DNA of 64,000 nt from an uncultured delta proteobacterium. GTDB taxonomy: Bacteria; Desulfobacterota; WTBG01. Under the pieces are notes generated by a model, which was given only the letters and a program-made list of their open reading frames with translations, was not told where the DNA came from and made no database searches. Within the stretch, counting starts at the first letter, position 1. The number at the start of each line of letters is the position of its first letter. Shown piece after piece: positions 20,104-31,559 of this stretch. The translations under genes and the position numbers were made by a program. The DNA lies in the NCBI GenBank assembly GCA_963793865.1, contig CAWCBP010000011.1, positions 117,652 through 181,651 on the forward strand, written 5' to 3'.

Positions 20104-21899
20104 TTATCGCGGAAAGTACATGGCCTTGCCGAACCGTTTCTTGAATCCGGGATGGTGCATCAGTTCCACATGGCAGATCTGCCGGGCGAGGGCAGATGCC
20201 TTTGTCCGTTCTGAAGTGGACATGAGGCAGCGCAGGGCGCCGGCTCCGGCTCCGTTTTCCATCGTCCGGATGCGGTCAGTCTTGAAAGGAGGAAACATGC
20301 CGATGTCAATGGCCGATGCCGGGTCGAGCACCGTGCCAAATCCTCCGGTGAGTATTACCTCATCCACTGTTTCCAGGTGATTCCCGTTTTATCGAGGAGG
20401 ATATCAATTCCTGCGCGAATGGCGGCTTTGGCCAGCTGGATTTCACTGATATCCTTCTGGCTGATAGTGATTGCCCTGCCTGTTGCCGTTTGTTCCGGGG
20501 GAACCAGGACGAAGGCAACGTTTTCTTGACTGAAACCAGTGTCCCGGCCGATGGTGAGGCGTCCCTGCCGGTCAATGGTGCCGAGGCGCGAAAGTCCTGC
20601 TATGGCATCGAGGATGCCCGATCCGCACAGTCCATGGGGAGGGATTTGGCCGATGGTATGAAAGGTAACTCCAGTTGTACCTATGCTCACCCTGTCTATG
20701 GCTCCGGCGGTTGCCCAGGTGCCGTGAGTGAGATGGCCTCCCTCAAAGGCGGGGCCTGAGGCACAGGAGATGCTTTTTATCTTGCCCCGGTGCGTCAGGG
20801 CCGCTTCAGTATTGGTGCCCACATCCAATGCCAGCACCGTTCTTTCAGTTTTGTCGATGCCGGCCGCGATGATCATGGCAACATGATCTGAGCCCACGAA
20901 ACCGCCCACCGGGGGCGGCAGATGTACATAAGCCCCGGGTGCAACCGCCAATCCCAGGTCACGGGACTTGCAATCAATAGTCTCACGAACGCTGGGCTGA
21001 TAGGGTGCCCGACCCAGCTGCTGTACCGGCATTCCCAGAAAAATATGGTGCATGGCGGTATTGCCAACCAGGGTGAGATCGACGATTCTTTCGGGTTCAT
21101 CGCACAGTGCGGTGATAAGAGTGTTGATGCCGTCAGCTGCCGCCCGGCGAAGCTCCCGGTCACCCTTTTCAAGAACGCAGGCCATGCGGCTCATGACATC
21201 CTCTCCGAAGGCATGCTGGGGATTCATGATCGCACGGGCAGACAGAAGCGTTCCGTTTTCGAGATCGACCAGATAGCCCGCTATGGTGGTGGTGCCGAGA
21301 TCGATGGCCAATCCACAGGGTGTGCTGTCGGCCTGGCGGATGGATATGGCTTCTCTTGCGCGGATGCTGATTCTCAACCTTTCCCGCGCTTTCCCGGAGC
21401 GCATCAGGAAGGGAGGCGAGAACCGCGGCATCTGTTCGGTGGCATCCTGATGATGCCTTTGCTCAGCTCTGTAAAGCCTCTCCAGATGGCTTGCGCATCA
21501 TGCGGGATACCGCGTTCAGTCGCCTCGACGGTAAAATCATGCACCGATGGCTCGATGCGGTACTGCGGGGTCCATCTACCCTGAGAGGGATGGTGAGCTG
21601 CGTGAACAAGGGAAGGGAAGGGGAATGTCGACAGTGGTGTCGCCCGCAACGCGGACCTGACAGGCCAGTCGATACCCATCGGACAGATCCGTATCAGGAA
21701 TGTGCTATTATTTCTTCGGCATTCGGCGGTTGCATCTGCTGCCTGAGAGGATCCTGACCCGGCAGCGGCCGCAGGTGCCGTTTCCTCCGCAGGAGGATTG
21801 CAGCAGTATGCCTGCCCGGCGCGCAACCTCGACGAGAGACGTGCCCTTCTTGCAGGTGACCGAGAGACCGGCGGGTTTGAAGATAACCGTGCAGGGCAT
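20104..21899 (-). CDS. ASKHA-family corrinoid reductive activator (RACE/RamA-like) with N-terminal 2Fe-2S domain; several frameshifts
   Basis: SSCGGNGTCGRC; AIDLGTTT, FGEDVMSR, GNTAMHH, DVGTNTE, SCASGPAFEG, GLCGSG, QLAKAAI, LTGGFG. Confidence 0.88.
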
Positions 21900-21908
21900 G
21901 ATGGAGTG

Positions 21909-22811
21909 CTAAAATATTTTATAGAGGGGGTGTTCCCGGCCGGCAGGTCGTATTCCGCGCAGCCTTCCACCGTAGGCAAGCAGGGCATCGGTCGCGGCGC
22001 ACGCCGGATATGCCCAGGGCGCGAAACGCATGGGGCCGTAGAAAAGGAAGTTTGCGCCCATGAGCTGGGTTGCGGCGAAAACTGCCGCCGCCGCGGCCTG
22101 AAAGACCGATTCACCCCGGCCGCGCATCTTCTCCCACTGCAGCAGGGCATTGGAAGGAGCGCACCCTGCCGGGTAACCCAGCTCCTCTTTTATCATCTGA
22201 ATGGCCTGTGCCGTCCAGCTGATGCTGGGAATATCCAGCACGCCGGGATCGATCAGCATCTGCTCAATGCCGGCCCGCTCGGCCGCGGGCAGCAGTTTGT
22301 CCTTGAGCAGGCTCAGGCGGTCGGCCGGCTTTATGGCCCTGGTGCTGAAGGCCAGGATGATGGCGCTTTTGACCCCGCATTCCCTGATGCAGGCAAGCTC
22401 CTCTTCGGTGAAATCTTCACCGATGGAGTTGTATATCAGCCGGCTGATCACCGGAGTTCCGGCAAAATGGCGGAGGGCCTGCAGCCGTGCCTTTTGCGCC
22501 GGTGAGTCGACCAGGATGGGGGCTTCGGTATGGTCGGCAATGAACCGGATGTAGTTGATCAGCGCCTCGCCGGTATCCCCTATGGGGTCGATGATGCGCG
22601 GGTTGGCGGTGGCGCGGGATGCCTCTGCCTCGCGTTCAAGCAGCTGCAGTGCCTTCCCGGTATCGAACGTCCCTTTGGACGGATCGGTGACAATCCGGTG
22701 CCTGCTGAAGAAAATGCTTCCCATGAGCACCGTCGGCCATTCACCCGGCTGCCCGCCGATGGTCACGCCGGCGATGGAATATACTTTTTGTTCCGCGGAG
22801 AATTTTTTCAT
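21909..22811 (-). CDS. mtgA: Methylcorrinoid:tetrahydrofolate methyltransferase (MtgA/MtrH family)
   Basis: IGGQPGEWPTVLMGSIF, LIYNSI, DPGVLD, GCAPSNA, FYGP, HPLYKIF match the MtrH/MtgA family. Confidence 0.85.
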   Translation of the reverse strand: MKKFSAEQKVYSIAGVTIGGQPGEWPTVLMGSIFFSRHRIVTDPSKGTFDTGKALQLLEREAEASRATANPRIIDPIGDTGEALINYIRFIADHTEAPILVDSPAQKARLQALRHFAGTPVISRLIYNSIGEDFTEEELACIRECGVKSAIILAFSTRAIKPADRLSLLKDKLLPAAERAGIEQMLIDPGVLDIPSISWTAQAIQMIKEELGYPAGCAPSNALLQWEKMRGRGESVFQAAAAAVFAATQLMGANFLFYGPMRFAPWAYPACAATDALLAYGGRLRGIRPAGREHPLYKIF

Positions 22812-24153
22812 TGTTGTCGGTTCCGTTTAGCTGACCGGGCAACCCCCGACCCCCGGACATGGCGGCTATATATTCCTGAAGCGACTCCCGCTCGGGTACG
22901 GTAACCGCAATCTCATCCGGGTCTTTTCCCGGCGGCAGATTACTGCAGGCGCGGGTTGCTGCCACTGCGGTGTGTATATGGCGGGGCGGCGTGTCGGCCG
23001 GTATATTGGCAAGCACGATGGCCAGGTTGTGGGCCTTGCCCAGCACCTTGATAAATCGTTTGACCGCCCCGACAATCCGTTCCGGGGGGCCGTCCCTGAG
23101 CAGACGGGCATTCAGGTTGGCCATGATGGATGCGCGTATTCCCCTGTCCTGGTATTTCTTCAGGTATTCCACGACCGGCTCCAGGGGATATTCGTGCCAG
23201 CGTCCCATGCCCAGGATAAGCATGGGCGTGTTCAGCAGGAGTTTCTGCTGGATGGCAAAGCACCGGTGAAGGATCTGCTTGTCAAACTTTTCAATCCGCT
23301 CCTCGCAGTAATCTCCCCCGCCTCCCGCCGCCATGGTAATAAGGCCGAAGTCGGTGCATTTCTTAAAGAGCCGGTCTGCGTAGGGGACAACCCACTGCTC
23401 GGTGAGTTCGGGGGTGAGGTTGGGAAACACCGCCCAGGCGTCGGCGCCGGTTGCCGCCTTGATGCCGCAGTATTTTTTCTGAACCTTCAGATAGGAGGCG
23501 AGGACTTCATCGACGAGGAAGGTCAGGAGGTCATGGGCAAACCCGGGATCCTTGCGCAGGTCCCTTATCAGCTTCGGGTAGGTTCGCAGCGAGACCGCGA
23601 GGCTGAACGGCGCGCTGAACTTGCCGGTGGCGAATCCCATTTCGGCATTCATCCTGATGACCTCGAGGATGAAAGGAATGCGTGCCGCCCTTTCCCAGTC
23701 CGGCACCCTGACCTTCTTCAGGTCGGCGGTTTCCCTGATCAGGGGTTCGCGGGAATCAATGTCGGGCATGGCATGGTCGCTGTGAATCATCTTCTGCCCC
23801 AGTGCCTCCGCCTCGTAATTGTAGGTGTCTCCTCCCCCGGTGGCAGCGTCAAGGCGGTAATAGGCTGAGACCGCCGCTATGGTAGAAATGTGCGTCCGGG
23901 CATCGGAGTAAAACTTCTGTGCCGGGACGCCGGCCAGAAACATGGCGTGGTCGTACATCTGAGCCATGACCGGGATGGGGTTCTTTGCCCCTGACGCGCC
24001 TGCCATCCACCAGGTCCCGGGATCCGAAGGGTCGGGCTGCACCCCCTTCCGTACCTTCGGGGTGAGCAGCGACGGGCCGCTTCCGGTCCTCATGGTGCTG
24101 AGACGGATGAGCAGCGGCAGCGATGACCTGATGAGCATGCCTCGTATTCCCAT
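22741..24153 (-). CDS. Uroporphyrinogen decarboxylase/MtaA-family methyltransferase (substrate:corrinoid); true stop may be slightly earlier
   Basis: IPVMAQM, DTYNYEAEALG, SAPFSLA, IPADTPPRHI; sits between the corrinoid protein and MtgA. Confidence 0.8.
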   Translation of the reverse strand: MGIRGMLIRSSLPLLIRLSTMRTGSGPSLLTPKVRKGVQPDPSDPGTWWMAGASGAKNPIPVMAQMYDHAMFLAGVPAQKFYSDARTHISTIAAVSAYYRLDAATGGGDTYNYEAEALGQKMIHSDHAMPDIDSREPLIRETADLKKVRVPDWERAARIPFILEVIRMNAEMGFATGKFSAPFSLAVSLRTYPKLIRDLRKDPGFAHDLLTFLVDEVLASYLKVQKKYCGIKAATGADAWAVFPNLTPELTEQWVVPYADRLFKKCTDFGLITMAAGGGGDYCEERIEKFDKQILHRCFAIQQKLLLNTPMLILGMGRWHEYPLEPVVEYLKKYQDRGIRASIMANLNARLLRDGPPERIVGAVKRFIKVLGKAHNLAIVLANIPADTPPRHIHTAVAATRACSNLPPGKDPDEIAVTVPERESLQEYIAAMSGGRGLPGQLNGTDNNEKILRGTKSIFHRRRDHRRAAG

Positions 24154-24154
24154 C

Positions 24155-24799
24155 TCATTTCTCCATCAGCGCGCGGGCCTTTTCCACCGCATCCAGCGCA
24201 TCTTTACCCCATGCGTCAGCGCCGACCTCGTCGGCAAATGACTGGGTGGTGGGGACGCCGCCAACCATTACCTTGATCCCGCCTCTCAAGCCGTTTTCGC
24301 TCAGTCCCTTCATCACCTCGTGCAGTTCCAGCATGGTGGTGGTCATGTAACAGCCGATGCCGAGAATATGAGGTTTCAGATCTTTCACCTTCTCAATGAA
24401 GGTCGGGGTTGGGACGTCAACACCCAGGTCTATCACCTCGAATCCCGCCCCGGTGAGCATTGCCGCGACAATATTTTTCCCCAGATCGTGCATGTCACCG
24501 GCAACCACGCCCATGAGATATCTTCCCCGGCTGTCCGCGGCAAGGGCGGCAAGATGCGGCTCCACCGCGTTCATTGCCGCCTTGAAGGCCTCGGTGCTCA
24601 GGACCACGTCAGGCATGAAGTAGACATTTTCCTTCCACAGCTCGCCGGTCCGTTCAATGCCGGGCACGATGGCCTCTTTGACCACCGCGAGGGGACTGAC
24701 CCCCTGATGAAGGGCTGCGCCCGCATGCGCCTGCGCGGCGTCTTCATCACCTTCAATAATTGCCTGCTTCACTTGTTCCAGGATGGTGGACACGCGCAT
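24155..24799 (-). CDS. Corrinoid (B12-binding) protein
   Basis: GDMHDLGKNIV (DxHxxG), IDLGVDVP, VMVGGVP, GADAWG. Confidence 0.95.
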   Translation of the reverse strand: MRVSTILEQVKQAIIEGDEDAAQAHAGAALHQGVSPLAVVKEAIVPGIERTGELWKENVYFMPDVVLSTEAFKAAMNAVEPHLAALAADSRGRYLMGVVAGDMHDLGKNIVAAMLTGAGFEVIDLGVDVPTPTFIEKVKDLKPHILGIGCYMTTTMLELHEVMKGLSENGLRGGIKVMVGGVPTTQSFADEVGADAWGKDALDAVEKARALMEK

Positions 24800-24889
24800 A
24801 CCTCCTCTGAAAGTGGATTATATTCTTACGAACGCAGTTAGGTGATGTACTGCGGTTGGTAACTTGTCTCCCGCATATGCATGATCCCT

Positions 24890-24931
24890 GGAGCGGCTTT
24901 GCCGCGATTTATCGCGCATGAAGCGTCTACC
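24890..24931. repeat. Degenerate REP doublet
   Basis: GGAGCGGCTTTGCCGCGATTTATCGCGCATGAAGCGTCTACC aligns with the copy at 57720. Confidence 0.5.
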
Positions 24932-24991
24932 GCGGTAGGTATAAAAAATATTGTTACTAACGATTGCCGTTGTTTATCACAGGTTTCTCTC

Positions 24992-25991
24992 AGGTCAAAA
25001 ATTATAGCAAATCCGGTAATCACTTTTTTCATAGATCCGTGGGTCGGGTTCGGTGTAGCGGCGCTGCTTTTCACGGCATGCCTTAAGGAAATCAGGGTCA
25101 ATGTTCCGCCGTTACTAATCCTGTGATGCCTTCCGTTATGCACGCATGACCGATCCGTCGGGAGCCGACAATGGTAGAACCGCCGCCGAACCGGATGCGT
25201 TGCGCTTTGCCGCGAACCATCGCTGTTTCCCGCGCTGGAACGGCGGAAAGCCAGTAGACGCCATGCGTGTAGGCGAGAGCCTGGCGTATGGCCTGGTAGG
25301 GTGGATAGCCGGGCCCATTGTGCTGGGCGGTGGGATGAAGGATAATCTCGGCGCCTTTCCTGCGCAATGTTGCCGTCGCTTCAGGAACGAGAAACTCGGT
25401 TTCTACCAGACAGCCCAGCCTGCCCGCGGGTGTTTCCGCCACGGGGAGAATGGCATCAGGGCCAAAGTGATCGGTATATTCTTTATGGAAATCTTTGAGC
25501 AGGGTGATTCCGGGGGAGGTCGGTGCCTGCGTCTTGGGAGAGCGCAGGACCAGCCCTTCGGGTCCCAGTATGAAACCGGTGTGAAAATACCTGCCGGGGA
25601 AGGCGGTGATTTTCTCAACGCAGGAGGAGGAGATGTAGCAGGAGTATGTGGCACAAACCCTGAGCAGCGGGTCAAGCCTTGCATCATGCGAGAGGTTCAC
25701 GGCAATCGCTTCCGGGTCAACCCGGGGGGCGATGCCGAGCTTTTGCAGCACTGCTCCAATGCCTGTGAGGCAGAGAACAGGAAGGACGATAATCCGCGGG
25801 GTGACACCGGCGGAAGGGATAAGCTCTTCAATAAGCCGGGCGGTGCGCCGGGCATTTCTCTCAACCATCTCGCCGGTGACCAGGGCGTCACCGAACCCCC
25901 GCAGCTCCATTTGAACAACTGCCGCTGTCAGCCCCCTGTTCTTTATACACGCGCCGTTTTGATCAGGATTCAATGTTTCATCGATATCCAC
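24992..25991 (-). CDS. Carbon-nitrogen hydrolase (nitrilase) fold protein, degenerate active site; 3' end approximate because of frameshifts
   Basis: VVQME, IIVLPVLCLTG, RSPKT, TPAGRLGCLVETEFLVPE, GAEIILHP, GGSTIVG. Confidence 0.7.
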
Positions 25992-26075
25992 GCTTAATCA
26001 CCGGGTTTTTTATTGCGTATCAATGTTGCTTGATTCATGAATGCTCAGGAATGTACCCCAATATTTTATATGCAG

Positions 26076-26111
26076 AGAGGGTGCTTAACACTTTTTTGCT
26101 AAGCACCCTCT
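26076..26111 (-). terminator. Hairpin after the DUF1329 gene
   Basis: 12-bp inverted repeat AGAGGGTGCTTA/TAAGCACCCTCT. Confidence 0.5.
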
Positions 26112-26135
26112 TGGCATGTGAGTTGTCAGACGTGA

Positions 26136-27389
26136 CTACCGCCCATATTCCTGCAGGTACTTGAAGGTGAAAATGTCTCGTTCAAATTCCACGCCGAATT
26201 CCTGTGTGGCTTGCGCGACGGTGGAATGAATGCGCTGCACGTCAATCATCTGATTGCCGTTAAAATGCCCGAATTGCACGCCGCCGTACCCCTTGCCCAC
26301 CATGCCATGCTGGTCCAGCACCTTCCATAATCTTCCCCGCCGGTCATACCGGTCGGAATAGAGTATCTGCCAGCTTTCGGGGTCGAGATACCAGACCGAC
26401 TTTTGGTAGAAAAAGTTGGGGTCTTTGCTCACCGCTTCAATCACCTGAGCTTTTACCCGTTCTCTCTGGGTGCCGTCCATGATACAATCGCCCGGCGTGT
26501 GGACCAGTTTGGAGTTATCGTTGTGGCGCACCAGCAGCAGATCCTTGGCGCCGACATAGGTGTAGGTGTTTTCCTGAATTTCGCCATCCCATCCCAGATT
26601 GTCGTACGCGGCGTTGTCTCCACCGCCCTTGGGGTCCTGCCGCTCGGTGGTGGAACTGCGCCGCACCCTGCGGATGGATGGTGTCCACATCCAGCGGTCA
26701 TAGGGCTTGGTGCGGTCGATGTAATGTATCTCCAGTATCCGCATGTCCCGCACTTCCGGCGGATCAATCTGTTCCATGGTAAAGGTCCGCCAGATTCTTT
26801 TGGGGTTCGGAGTGAGCTCCGGCACCGGCAGGGCATCGGTGCGGCCGGCGAAAAAGCACATCTTGTTTCTGATCAGGATGCTCATGTCATACTTCAGCCG
26901 CCCGTCGACAATAAACCCCTTCTCTTCGCTTTGGTATGAATCACCGAAGCTGCGGCAGCGAAAGTTGTGCGCCATCTCGATTGCTGTCGTGGTGTCCGGG
27001 AAAGGAACACCGGATACAAAGTTCAACAACTCACCATCGGGTCCCAACGTGGATTTGCCGTATTGTTCCTTGGTAAACTTGATGTTGCCGGGTGTAACCG
27101 GAACCTGGCGGTAGGGAACAATTTCGAACCAGCTTTCTCCCCACCGGTCAGTTTCTTTCATGATGGTATATAAAGTTTCGGGCAAAAACTCCTTTACCTC
27201 ATCTACATTGGCGCTACTGATCTTCTTGCCTGCCCACGTTTTCTCCCATGCCTGCACTTTGGCCAGTTCTGCACCCTGATAACAGGGGACCGGGTACTGA
27301 AGATCCTTGGCCAGCCCGGCAACAGGTGCCAGCAGCAGGCAGATCAGCCCCAGGAGAGAAAGCATTGTCGTGAATGTACGCTGTAGCAT
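26136..27389 (-). CDS. DUF1329 periplasmic protein
   Basis: Signal peptide; GVPFP, WMWTPSIRRVRR, YLDPESWQ, YDRRGRLWK. Confidence 0.85.
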   Translation of the reverse strand: MLQRTFTTMLSLLGLICLLLAPVAGLAKDLQYPVPCYQGAELAKVQAWEKTWAGKKISSANVDEVKEFLPETLYTIMKETDRWGESWFEIVPYRQVPVTPGNIKFTKEQYGKSTLGPDGELLNFVSGVPFPDTTTAIEMAHNFRCRSFGDSYQSEEKGFIVDGRLKYDMSILIRNKMCFFAGRTDALPVPELTPNPKRIWRTFTMEQIDPPEVRDMRILEIHYIDRTKPYDRWMWTPSIRRVRRSSTTERQDPKGGGDNAAYDNLGWDGEIQENTYTYVGAKDLLLVRHNDNSKLVHTPGDCIMDGTQRERVKAQVIEAVSKDPNFFYQKSVWYLDPESWQILYSDRYDRRGRLWKVLDQHGMVGKGYGGVQFGHFNGNQMIDVQRIHSTVAQATQEFGVEFERDIFTFKYLQEYGR

Positions 27390-27410
27390 GGTTACCTCCC
27401 TTCCTCGCCG

Positions 27411-28928
27411 TTAGAATTCGTAAGTGATATCGAACAGTACGAAATCCAGATTCTCTATGATGCTTCCGTAATCAATGTAATTGATGTACCGAACCATGTA
27501 CGTCCAGCTGAAGGTGGGCTTAAATGCGATGGTGGGCGCGTAAAACGACCGGCCGTCGTCGATGGCATGCGAGAGATAGACGGCAGGGATGATCCGGCTG
27601 TTCCAGAAGTCATAGGAGAACGACTGGGTGACGGTTGAGGCATGGTGCCTTGTCGGGCCATAGGTAACCCAAGGGTAGATGAAGTCATCCCGGTGTTTGC
27701 CCGGAACCCACTCCATGAAGAGCTGGGTGGAGGAGGAGAGCTTTCTGTTCCGGTTCCAGGTTGAAAGCCAGGGAATTTGAATGTAGGTGTCCCATCCGAG
27801 CACGAAGGCGTATCGGTTGTGTTCGGTAACATTCGGGGTGTACCCGCGGTCGTGGTCCTTATCAAGTTCCAGGACAAATTCGCCGCGCCAGATGTTTCCG
27901 GACATGTTGAAGGAGGGGACGCCGGGAAGCAGGGTGAACTGCTTGTTAATGGGTTTGTTGAAGGTGAAGCCAATGGTGCTCTGATGGCCAAACTCCGTGA
28001 CGTCCTCGGCCCTGCCTCTGCCGAGAAGAACCGGAAGCTGTGACGCAACACCTTGGCCCTCTCTCACGATTCCGGTGGGATTGCGATGGTAGAGGTACTG
28101 GAGGGACCAGTCGAATCCATAGGTGAGACCCCTTATCCTGAATCCCAAAGCGGGATCGTGGTATCCGATATCATCCGCATCGCGATAGGCAGGCTTGAAT
28201 AGTTCGTTGGGATTTTTCAGAGAATTCATGGTTGGCGGATGGGTGAGATGATAACCCGCGGGCCAGCCCCGGTTAGGCTCAAAATCGGGGATGACCAGGA
28301 ATTCGAAAAACATATCCTGCCAGAAGTCGGGCGGGGTGATGGTGAGCCGCGCCATCCACAGCCCCCGCTTGATTTCATCAAAGTCGGGATAGGCAGGATT
28401 GAGATTGCCCCGTGCATCTATGGGATTGACCACGTCCGCCATCCGCTCAAAGCCGGCTTCACCCCAGGAAATGATCTGCTTCCCAAGGCGTATCTGCCAG
28501 ACCGGATTGGTCAGTTCTACATAGAGTTCCCTGCAGATGTCGGTGAATGATTCATAGGATTTGAGTTCTTCTATTGCACGGGAATTACCTCCGCTCCCCC
28601 ATCTTAAGTAATCCTCGTAACCGCTATCGATATCGTGGGCGGCATCATAGAAATTGGTAAAAACACTGTAGAAGGTCAGGTCATACTTGTCGCCCTTGAG
28701 GGCATCCCATCGTGTCTCCAGCTTAAACGTGCTTCTTAAGTGAAAGAAATCATAATCATACAGTTCATAGGGCCTTTTGTTTTTGGTCCTCACGGCGAGC
28801 TGTTCAGATGCCTTCCCGTGAATGACCAAGTCCCCGTCCAGATACTCAAGGGCTCGGACCTCATTCACCGCAACGAGAGAGGCCGCAAAAAGAATGCATA
28901 GACTAATTACCAGGATCCTCTGTTTCAT
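27411..28928 (-). CDS. DUF1302-family outer-membrane beta-barrel
   Basis: Signal peptide; RELYV, RLGKQIISWGE, DVVNPID; C-terminal ITYEF. Confidence 0.85.
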   Translation of the reverse strand: MKQRILVISLCILFAASLVAVNEVRALEYLDGDLVIHGKASEQLAVRTKNKRPYELYDYDFFHLRSTFKLETRWDALKGDKYDLTFYSVFTNFYDAAHDIDSGYEDYLRWGSGGNSRAIEELKSYESFTDICRELYVELTNPVWQIRLGKQIISWGEAGFERMADVVNPIDARGNLNPAYPDFDEIKRGLWMARLTITPPDFWQDMFFEFLVIPDFEPNRGWPAGYHLTHPPTMNSLKNPNELFKPAYRDADDIGYHDPALGFRIRGLTYGFDWSLQYLYHRNPTGIVREGQGVASQLPVLLGRGRAEDVTEFGHQSTIGFTFNKPINKQFTLLPGVPSFNMSGNIWRGEFVLELDKDHDRGYTPNVTEHNRYAFVLGWDTYIQIPWLSTWNRNRKLSSSTQLFMEWVPGKHRDDFIYPWVTYGPTRHHASTVTQSFSYDFWNSRIIPAVYLSHAIDDGRSFYAPTIAFKPTFSWTYMVRYINYIDYGSIIENLDFVLFDITYEF

Positions 28929-29045
28929 TGTTCCCTCCTTTCAATGACAAGAAACCGGTTTGAGGAGTTTCAAAGCCTCGAACTTTCCCTATTATCTCAG
29001 CAATTCAAAAGTACTCCTGCTGGAATAAAAGTAAAGAGTTTTATT

Positions 29046-31443
29046 TTAATTGATGACTTCATGTCGATTGCGGTAAAGTGCTTTCCTCTTAGTTTTCTCA
29101 TCCCCGCTGAGAAATCGTGGTTTGAAGAGCAGCACCAGCACCGGAACCATGAATATCGCCCCCAGGCAATTGAGAAAGAGGATGACTGCCAGCATCAGTC
29201 CCATCTGCGCCTGGAACTTGAAGGCGGACAGATCCAGACCAATAGCCCGGCAACCAGTGTGCCCGCGATGACATAATCGATTTTCCATAGGTCTGAATGG
29301 TGCGGGTCATGATCGTGTTAAGCGAGCTGGATGGATCACGTTTTTTTTCCTCGGTCCATCCGGGCGATGCAGTAAATCCCGTAGTCCACCCCCATGCCGA
29401 TTCCTGCGGCCGACACCGGCAGGGTTGAAACCGAAAGGCCGATACTGCGTTATGGCCATATAGGCAAACGCCATGAAGTTGGAAAGCGCCAGGGGAAGGG
29501 TCAGGACAAGGCCTGCCGTGATGGACATGAAGTTAAGCGCGCAGAACAGGAATACGCCAAGAGGGCAATAGATAAGGGTCTGCACCTGCTTGGAAGCGAC
29601 CATTTCATTGATGGCGGCCTCGGTACCGATAACCCCGCCTGCAAGACTGTATTGAAAGCCCTCCGGCAAATTGGAATATTCCTTGATATACTGCTTGGCG
29701 GTGGCGATGGCGCGATCGATGGTGGGGCCGGTTTTGTCCTTGTAGTATACAACCACATTAGTCTGCATGATTTTGGGATCGATAAACTTGTTCATGTCCC
29801 CCGGCTCAAATGCGAAAAGCAGTCCTACCAGATTGGCGCTGGCAGCGGCGGGGTCATCCGCCAGGCCGATCCACTTGGGATCATCTTCGTGATATTTCTG
29901 GGGCATAATCATGAGCGGGGCGACGATGTTCTGAAAACCGGCAGCCCCGGAGTTTTTCATCATGTACTCGGAAAAGTTTTTAACATCCTCCATCACCCGG
30001 GGATTGGTCAGGGATCGCTGCTTATCTCCTTTAACCACAACGAAAAGAGGATTGATCAACGGCAGGTTCTGGTTGATGCGCACGCTGTCCTGATTATAGC
30101 GGGAACTGGGATAGAGCAGGTTTGAGCCGACCTGGGCATCGCCGATAATCAGCTTTCCAGACCAGTAGTAGGAAAATCCAAGTATGATCAGTATGATGAT
30201 GGATACGGTGTAAAGCCCCTTCTTCGAAATGAGCCAGGGGCCCAGCCAGTCGGCAAAGCGGTTGGCAAATCCCTCGCGCCGCTCATCGATGAGCCGTTCC
30301 CGTTCCATCTGCTCAACGAATTTGGGCGATATGGGGACATAGCTTAAAAGAACCGGCGTCAGAATGAGACCGACGATGACGGTTATGATGGACCAGAAGG
30401 CGCCGGCGATGGCGATGTTTTTTAGAACCGGTATGGGGGCAAGGGCGACAATGGCAATGCCGAAGGCATCAGTGATAATGCTGGTCAGTCCGGCCATGAA
30501 CATGTTTTCGATGATCACGCGTATGCCGGCCAGGTTGTCCTTGGTCTTGGCATATTCTTCGTAATAGCGGTTGTACAGCTGATGCGAATGGCGGAAGGCC
30601 ATGAGCGAGATAAGAAAGGGCATGACAAAAATGAGCGGGTCGAGATTGTAGCGCATGATGCCCATGAATCCCAGTCCCCAGATGCCGGAAACGATACCGG
30701 CGAGGGGTACAATGATCGTGGCCCAGATGGAACGGTAGGCGAAAAAGAGCAGGATGGGAGATTACAATTGCCGTGCCCAGCATGATCAGGTTGATCATTC
30801 TGATCATGCTCGCCACCACCCCCAGGTGCATGGGATGCCCGACGATGGAAACGGTGGTGTTGCTGTCTTCGGTCTTCTTGCGCATCTCCTCAAGCTGTTT
30901 ATACACAGCAGTATAATTCAAGTCTCCTTCAAAGAAATCCGCAAAGATGAGTGATTTCTTTGAGTCCAGGGAAACGTAGAAACCGTAGTAGGCCTCATTG
31001 GAGTAAATGGCATTCTTCAGGGTTTCCATTCCCTTGTCGTCTTTGGGAACCTCGGGGTACATCAGGGCCACCGCCTCCAGGCCCCAGGAGGTAATCTGGG
31101 TGTTTTTAAGCTTGCGTGAGGCAATGGAGACTATCTTATAGCGGTCAATACCCGGCAGGCCTTCCAGCTCGTTGGTGAGGTAGCGGATCTTTTCCAGCGT
31201 CTCCCGGTTGAAGATGGTGCCGTCCTTGACGGACACCATAATGACCAGAAAGTTGGCCCCGCCGAAGACCTCGCGAAATTCATTGTGGATTTTTACGTAG
31301 GGGTGAGTCTGGGGAAGCAGGTCATTAAAGTTGGTGGCGACGGTGAGATGCCGGCACTGGTAGCCGAAGTAGACGGTAATGACGGTGATGACGACCAGTA
31401 CCAGCAACCGTCTGTTAATAATAAAATCCGCGAGTTTCTTCAT
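29046..31443 (-). CDS. RND/MMPL-family transporter permease; several frameshifts
   Basis: LLPQTHPYV, FGGAN, TSIITDAFG, GGVIG, FQAQMGLML; pieces 30469..31443, 29307..30665 and 29046..29288. Confidence 0.85.
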
Positions 31444-31473
31444 AATAACGCGCCAAACATATTAGGCTTTTCG

Positions 31474-31523
31474 GTAGGAGCGCCTTCAGGCGCGATGCAT
31501 TCGCGGCTTGAAGCCGCTCCTAC
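31474..31523. repeat. GTAG-type REP doublet (REPIN-like)
   Basis: GTAGGAGCGCCTTCAGGCGCGA...TCGCGGCTTGAAGCCGCTCCTAC, 50 bp, intergenic. Confidence 0.8.
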
Positions 31524-31559
31524 CGGTTGTAATGATTGCTAAGAGAACGATTCTCAGAG

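Noticed and set aside
21909..22811. Methanogen Mtr complex or archaeal origin
   Set aside because: Only a standalone MtrH-family gene resembling bacterial MtgA; the context is Gram-negative bacterial.
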